Made by a program: the position numbers and the translations under genes
Source: Halobacteriales archaeon
Lineage (GTDB): Archaea > Halobacteriota > Halobacteria > Halobacteriales > SKSH01
Direction: 5' to 3'
Length of the DNA stretch: 64,000 nt
Assembly (NCBI GenBank): GCA_007118145.1
Contig: SKSD01000010.1
Coordinates: forward strand, 69,896-133,895
Notes under the pieces: generated by a model
Told to the model about the DNA's origin: nothing
The model's input: the letters and a program-made list of their open reading frames with translations, nothing else
Databases searched by the model: none
Shown: piece by piece, positions 60,230 through 64,000 of the stretch
Position numbering within the stretch: the stretch's first letter is position 1
Layout of the letters: every line of letters starts with the position of its first letter

Positions 60230-60877
60230 ATGGCGAGGATGGAGAGCTTACAGGCTACGGGGACGGGGGAAAAAGTGACAAACATATCGACAGGTAAATC
60301 GGTTAATGAAGAGATTCAGCAACCAGATCAGATTCCAAGTGAGATAGCCAAAATCGTCAACGGCAGGAGTGCATCCGAGGAATTGTCACTCGATGAGATA
60401 TTCGAGCTCCTCAAAAATGAACGAAGGCGCGAGGTGATCCGATACTTGCTTGAGGATGTCGACGGACATGCAACACTCAGCGAGCTCGCCGAACACATCG
60501 CTGCACTTGAAAACGAGATAGCAATCAATCAACTCTCATCAGACCAGAGAAAAAGGGTATACATCGGCCTCTACCAGTGTCACCTCCCAAAGATGGACGA
60601 GATGGGGACGATCGACTTCGATAAGAACCGGGGAACCATCGAGATCAATCATTCGTCGGTGTCCCAGCTACTTCCCTACCTTGAACGCCTTGGTCAAGAT
60701 ACAGCTCAGCGTCTACCTGTGCTTGAGCTCGCGATCACAGCTGGGGTGTTACTCGTACTCGTGTTCGCAATCAGTGGGATCGGCCCCTTGGCAGCACTCC
60801 CACCGGCGTCTTGGGCCGCCATCAGCACACTCGGATTGGTCACGGTGGCTCTGTACCAGGTGGTGAAAAGCGAGTGA
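60230..60877 (+). CDS. DUF7344-type winged-helix protein with two C-terminal TM helices
   Basis: IFELLKNERRREVI...RKRVYIGLYQCHLPKMD followed by two TM helices. Confidence 0.85.
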   Translation: MARMESLQATGTGEKVTNISTGKSVNEEIQQPDQIPSEIAKIVNGRSASEELSLDEIFELLKNERRREVIRYLLEDVDGHATLSELAEHIAALENEIAINQLSSDQRKRVYIGLYQCHLPKMDEMGTIDFDKNRGTIEINHSSVSQLLPYLERLGQDTAQRLPVLELAITAGVLLVLVFAISGIGPLAALPPASWAAISTLGLVTVALYQVVKSE

Positions 60878-61087
60878 GGGTCAGGCTCATCCCGAACCAC
60901 AGACAATTATTTCATATCATTGATACCAATATGTTATTGGTCATTTGAAGTATCACCCTCTCATCCTCAAGCCTCCAGCTACACATCCACAGACGAAATC
61001 GTCGAATCAAGGGCAATTAAAAAATTTGTAACAAATAGCTCATTCATCCGAGTATGTAGCTACCGGTAGCCATGGAGCACCCACCTA

Positions 61088-61615
61088 ATGTCGTCAAATA
61101 ACCGCCATTTTAACACTGATGAGATATTCGAGGTGTTAAGCAATCAGCGGCGGCGGAGGCTCATATATCTACTTTATGATACCTCAGAGCCGATGCATCT
61201 CGGTGATCTAGCCCGACAAATCGCCACTGCGGAGGAGGGAGCTCCGGTGAATGAAGAACAGTACAAAAGGTTGTACATCTCCCTCTATCAGACACATATA
61301 CCCAAGCTCGAGGAATACGGTATCGTGGAGTACGATCCTGAGAGCAAGCAAGTCCAACTCACCGAACGTGTTGACGAGTTATTCAGTGTATTCCACCAGC
61401 CATCGAACACCACGCGATGGTGGAAGTATTATGTGATCATCGCTGTCGTAAGTGCACTCATCATCGGTGGATATTGGGCCTTATTCACGGTCAATCGTAC
61501 CATCGCCGCCACCGTCTCGCTCATCCCGGTGATCCTGGTCACCATACTTGCACTGTATCATTACTGGAGTTGCCACAGACGAGAAACCTCCCCGCTTGAA
61601 CAGATGATCTCATAA
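61088..61615 (+). CDS. DUF7344-type winged-helix protein with two C-terminal TM helices
   Basis: IFEVLSNQRRRRLI...YKRLYISLYQTHIPKLE followed by two TM helices. Confidence 0.85.
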   Translation: MSSNNRHFNTDEIFEVLSNQRRRRLIYLLYDTSEPMHLGDLARQIATAEEGAPVNEEQYKRLYISLYQTHIPKLEEYGIVEYDPESKQVQLTERVDELFSVFHQPSNTTRWWKYYVIIAVVSALIIGGYWALFTVNRTIAATVSLIPVILVTILALYHYWSCHRRETSPLEQMIS

Positions 61616-61766
61616 CGAATCCGTTCGACCTGCGCCCCAGGGTAGTCAATGAATTACCGATGTGTCTATTATGTATTTTCTAACGTTGATAATACCAATA
61701 AACAGATAAGTTTTGATATTCATACTGAAAGGGGTGCCATGATATGTACCTGCCTGATACAGACTC

Positions 61767-62057
61767 ATGGCAGCACTCTTTGACCTCACCGGGTTCCAGC
61801 GTGACGTCTTGTACGTCATCTCGAAGGAGGATCGTCAACACGGTCAGAAGATCAAAGAGGAGCTGGAAAAGGAGATCGGAGAGATATCACGCGGACGTCT
61901 CTATCCGAACCTTGATGCACTCGTCAAAGCCGGTTATGTCTCAAAGGGTCGCATCGATCTCCGAACGAACTATTACAACCTGACTGAGTACGGGCGTGAG
62001 CAGTTGCGAGAACGCCGAAAGTGGGAATCTCAGTACATCAATTTCGACAAGCTGTGA
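61767..62057 (+). CDS. PadR family transcriptional regulator
   Basis: LTGFQRDVL...GRLYPNLDALV...RTNYYNLT. Confidence 0.9.
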   Translation: MAALFDLTGFQRDVLYVISKEDRQHGQKIKEELEKEIGEISRGRLYPNLDALVKAGYVSKGRIDLRTNYYNLTEYGREQLRERRKWESQYINFDKL

Positions 62058-62185
62058 CACGCCGAGGGCTGCAACCAATCCCCTAGAGAGGTATCGAAGC
62101 GGTTGTTAAGCGTGAAGTAACAATCCCTTGTCCAAGCCACGTCTTCCCCGATGGCCAGTCGGAACCATTCCGGGGCAAGAGACTA

Positions 62186-63139
62186 ATGTCCGATTCACAG
62201 ACCGTTACACCATCCTATGACCTCATCCTGGTTGGTGTGTATGCGATTGCATCGTTAGGAATACAGGCATTACCGGAGGGTGCCATCTCACGTGTTCTGA
62301 TAGTGCTCCCACTGTTGTTTTTCATCCCTGGTTATCTCCTCGTGCTAGTGCTGTTTCCAGCGAAACACATCGGATCCACCACACACTGGAATCGCCTCGG
62401 ATTGTCCTCCGATCACTTGGGGCCGACCGAACGAGTCGCCCTTTCGTTCGGGTTCAGCATGATATTTCTCCCATTCTTTGCTATCATCATCTGGGAGATG
62501 GCTGGTGGGATCGATCCATTCGCTCTGAACTACCTTGTGACCAGCATACTCATCCTGTGTCTGATCGCATGGTTCAGACGCACACAGATCCCAGCTGAGC
62601 GACGATATATCCCAAACCCGCTCGGAACACTGAAGCGACTCAATACCCAGGTCGCTTCGAAACCTCGGGTTGAGCAGGTCTTCACTGTCTTACTGGCCTT
62701 GGCCATTGTTCTCGCTGTTGGGACGTTCGCACTCGCGATCGCATCACCGCAAGACGGTGAATCATATACAGAGTTCATTGTTGGAACGGGTGGCGAAGAG
62801 GAATTTACCGTCGCCGGTTACCCCACCACTGTCTCACCAAGTGATGACGTGACTTACAGCATCCTGATCGGGAATCACGAGGGCACAACGGTGGAATATG
62901 ATATCGATATCGAGGTACAGCGGGTCGAGGATGGTGAAGTAGTCGAACGAGTATCGGTCGATGCGTTCACGGTGGAGGTCGAGGCGGATGAGCAAACAAT
63001 CGAAGATCGCACCTTCGAGCCCACGTTGCAAGGAGAGGTGCGTATCATGTTTCAACTGAACATCGTGGACCACGAGTTTGACAGCGCTGACCAAGCACCA
63101 TACCGGTCAGTACATGTGTGGCTCACGGTGACCGATTGA
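62186..63139 (+). CDS. DUF1616 family membrane protein
   Basis: FFIPGY...LFP, ERVALSFGFS, ESYTEF, GYP and IGNHEG. Confidence 0.85.
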   Translation: MSDSQTVTPSYDLILVGVYAIASLGIQALPEGAISRVLIVLPLLFFIPGYLLVLVLFPAKHIGSTTHWNRLGLSSDHLGPTERVALSFGFSMIFLPFFAIIIWEMAGGIDPFALNYLVTSILILCLIAWFRRTQIPAERRYIPNPLGTLKRLNTQVASKPRVEQVFTVLLALAIVLAVGTFALAIASPQDGESYTEFIVGTGGEEEFTVAGYPTTVSPSDDVTYSILIGNHEGTTVEYDIDIEVQRVEDGEVVERVSVDAFTVEVEADEQTIEDRTFEPTLQGEVRIMFQLNIVDHEFDSADQAPYRSVHVWLTVTD

Positions 63140-63405
63140 GCGTGTGGCGTCCTCCAATCGCTGAGCCGGTCAGCTCTAACGAGTTTGAGCTATGATCAGC
63201 ATGAGGCTATGTGGGAAATCAATGCGGCAATCGATACCCGATTCAACCTTCAGGTATCGAGGACTGTTAGGTTAGTTTGACCCAATACACATCAGGCGCC
63301 ATATAACAAAGGGTGAATCAGGGGTGGTTATCCTCGATTGACCATGTCGGGTGATACCACTGAATGTGACCTCAGGAACGCAGTGTCTCACAACGGTGAC
63401 CGCAC

Positions 63406-63996
63406 ATGACAGAGTACGTCGTCGGGAGCAACTGTCACATCGACGATGGCGTACAACTCGGTCACTCGTATGACCGATTTGGTGAACCAACGGTGATCGG
63501 TGATCGGGCGACTATCCGTTCTGGGACGATCATCTACGCATCGGCGACTGTCGGGGAAAAATTGGTGACCGGACACGGTGTACTCATCAGGGAGCGTACC
63601 TCCATTGGTGACGATGTACTGGTCGGTACATCCACCACCATCGACGGCTACACCACCATCGGTTCGCACGTGAGTCTCCAGACTGGCGTCTACATCCCTG
63701 CTGAAACCGAGATCGGTAACCGTGTCTTCCTCGGTCCGCATGCAGTCTTGACGAACGATCCGTACCCCGTCAGAAACGGCGATGACCGTGAACTGAACGG
63801 TCCAACCATCGAGAATGGGGTAACGGTTGGCGCGAATGCGACGATCCTCCCGGAGGTGACCATCGGGGAGGATGCATTCGTGGCTGCAGGGTCAGTCGTC
63901 ACCGACCATGTCCCCCCACGAACGCTTGCAATCGGCACGCCTGCAAAGCACCTCGCGTTACCACCCGAACTGCAGGGAGGTAATCTGATCGCATGA
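63406..63996 (+). CDS. Hexapeptide-repeat (LbetaH) sugar N-acyltransferase, WbpD-like
   Basis: Hexapeptide repeats, FLGP..VLTND.YP and GANATILP. The next gene's ATG overlaps at 63993. Confidence 0.88.
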   Translation: MTEYVVGSNCHIDDGVQLGHSYDRFGEPTVIGDRATIRSGTIIYASATVGEKLVTGHGVLIRERTSIGDDVLVGTSTTIDGYTTIGSHVSLQTGVYIPAETEIGNRVFLGPHAVLTNDPYPVRNGDDRELNGPTIENGVTVGANATILPEVTIGEDAFVAAGSVVTDHVPPRTLAIGTPAKHLALPPELQGGNLIA

Positions 63997-64000
63997 TCTC

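Overview
Chromosomal window from a haloarchaeon (class Halobacteria), judged from acidic proteins, TFB, halocyanin, aglF/aglM, and HalOD1- and DUF7344-type regulators. Bases 1-50,000 are mostly housekeeping: a Fe3+-type ABC transporter, menB/menA/menC/menE interrupted by an hflX paralog, gatCA, tfb, purL, beta-oxidation genes, sdhCDBA, a signal-peptidase/surface-protein trio, phosphohexomutase, aglF/aglM, heme o synthase, halocyanin, a P-type ATPase, rimK, deoC and a phaB/fabG-like reductase. From about 50 kb the intergenic spacers become long and AT-rich, and the region holds sugar-modifying enzymes, an orphan phnM, several small regulators and the start of a probable glycosylation cluster. 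The most notable non-genic signal is a pair of homologous protein-free elements (31798-32115 and 40989-41368). Each follows TTAC, ends in TCAA, has decayed IS200/IS605-type ends and encloses a shared structured RNA-like core, which may be a stand-alone TnpB omegaRNA or PATE cassette. Three minimal single-hairpin relatives also occur. Other leads are a leader uORF before hflX, a PhaC homolog with Ser in place of the catalytic Cys, a DtxR-type box inside the iron operon, and a triple-repeat operator before an RHH-like gene. No CRISPR array, rRNA or tRNA was recognised. All family calls come from motif recognition by eye, not database searches.
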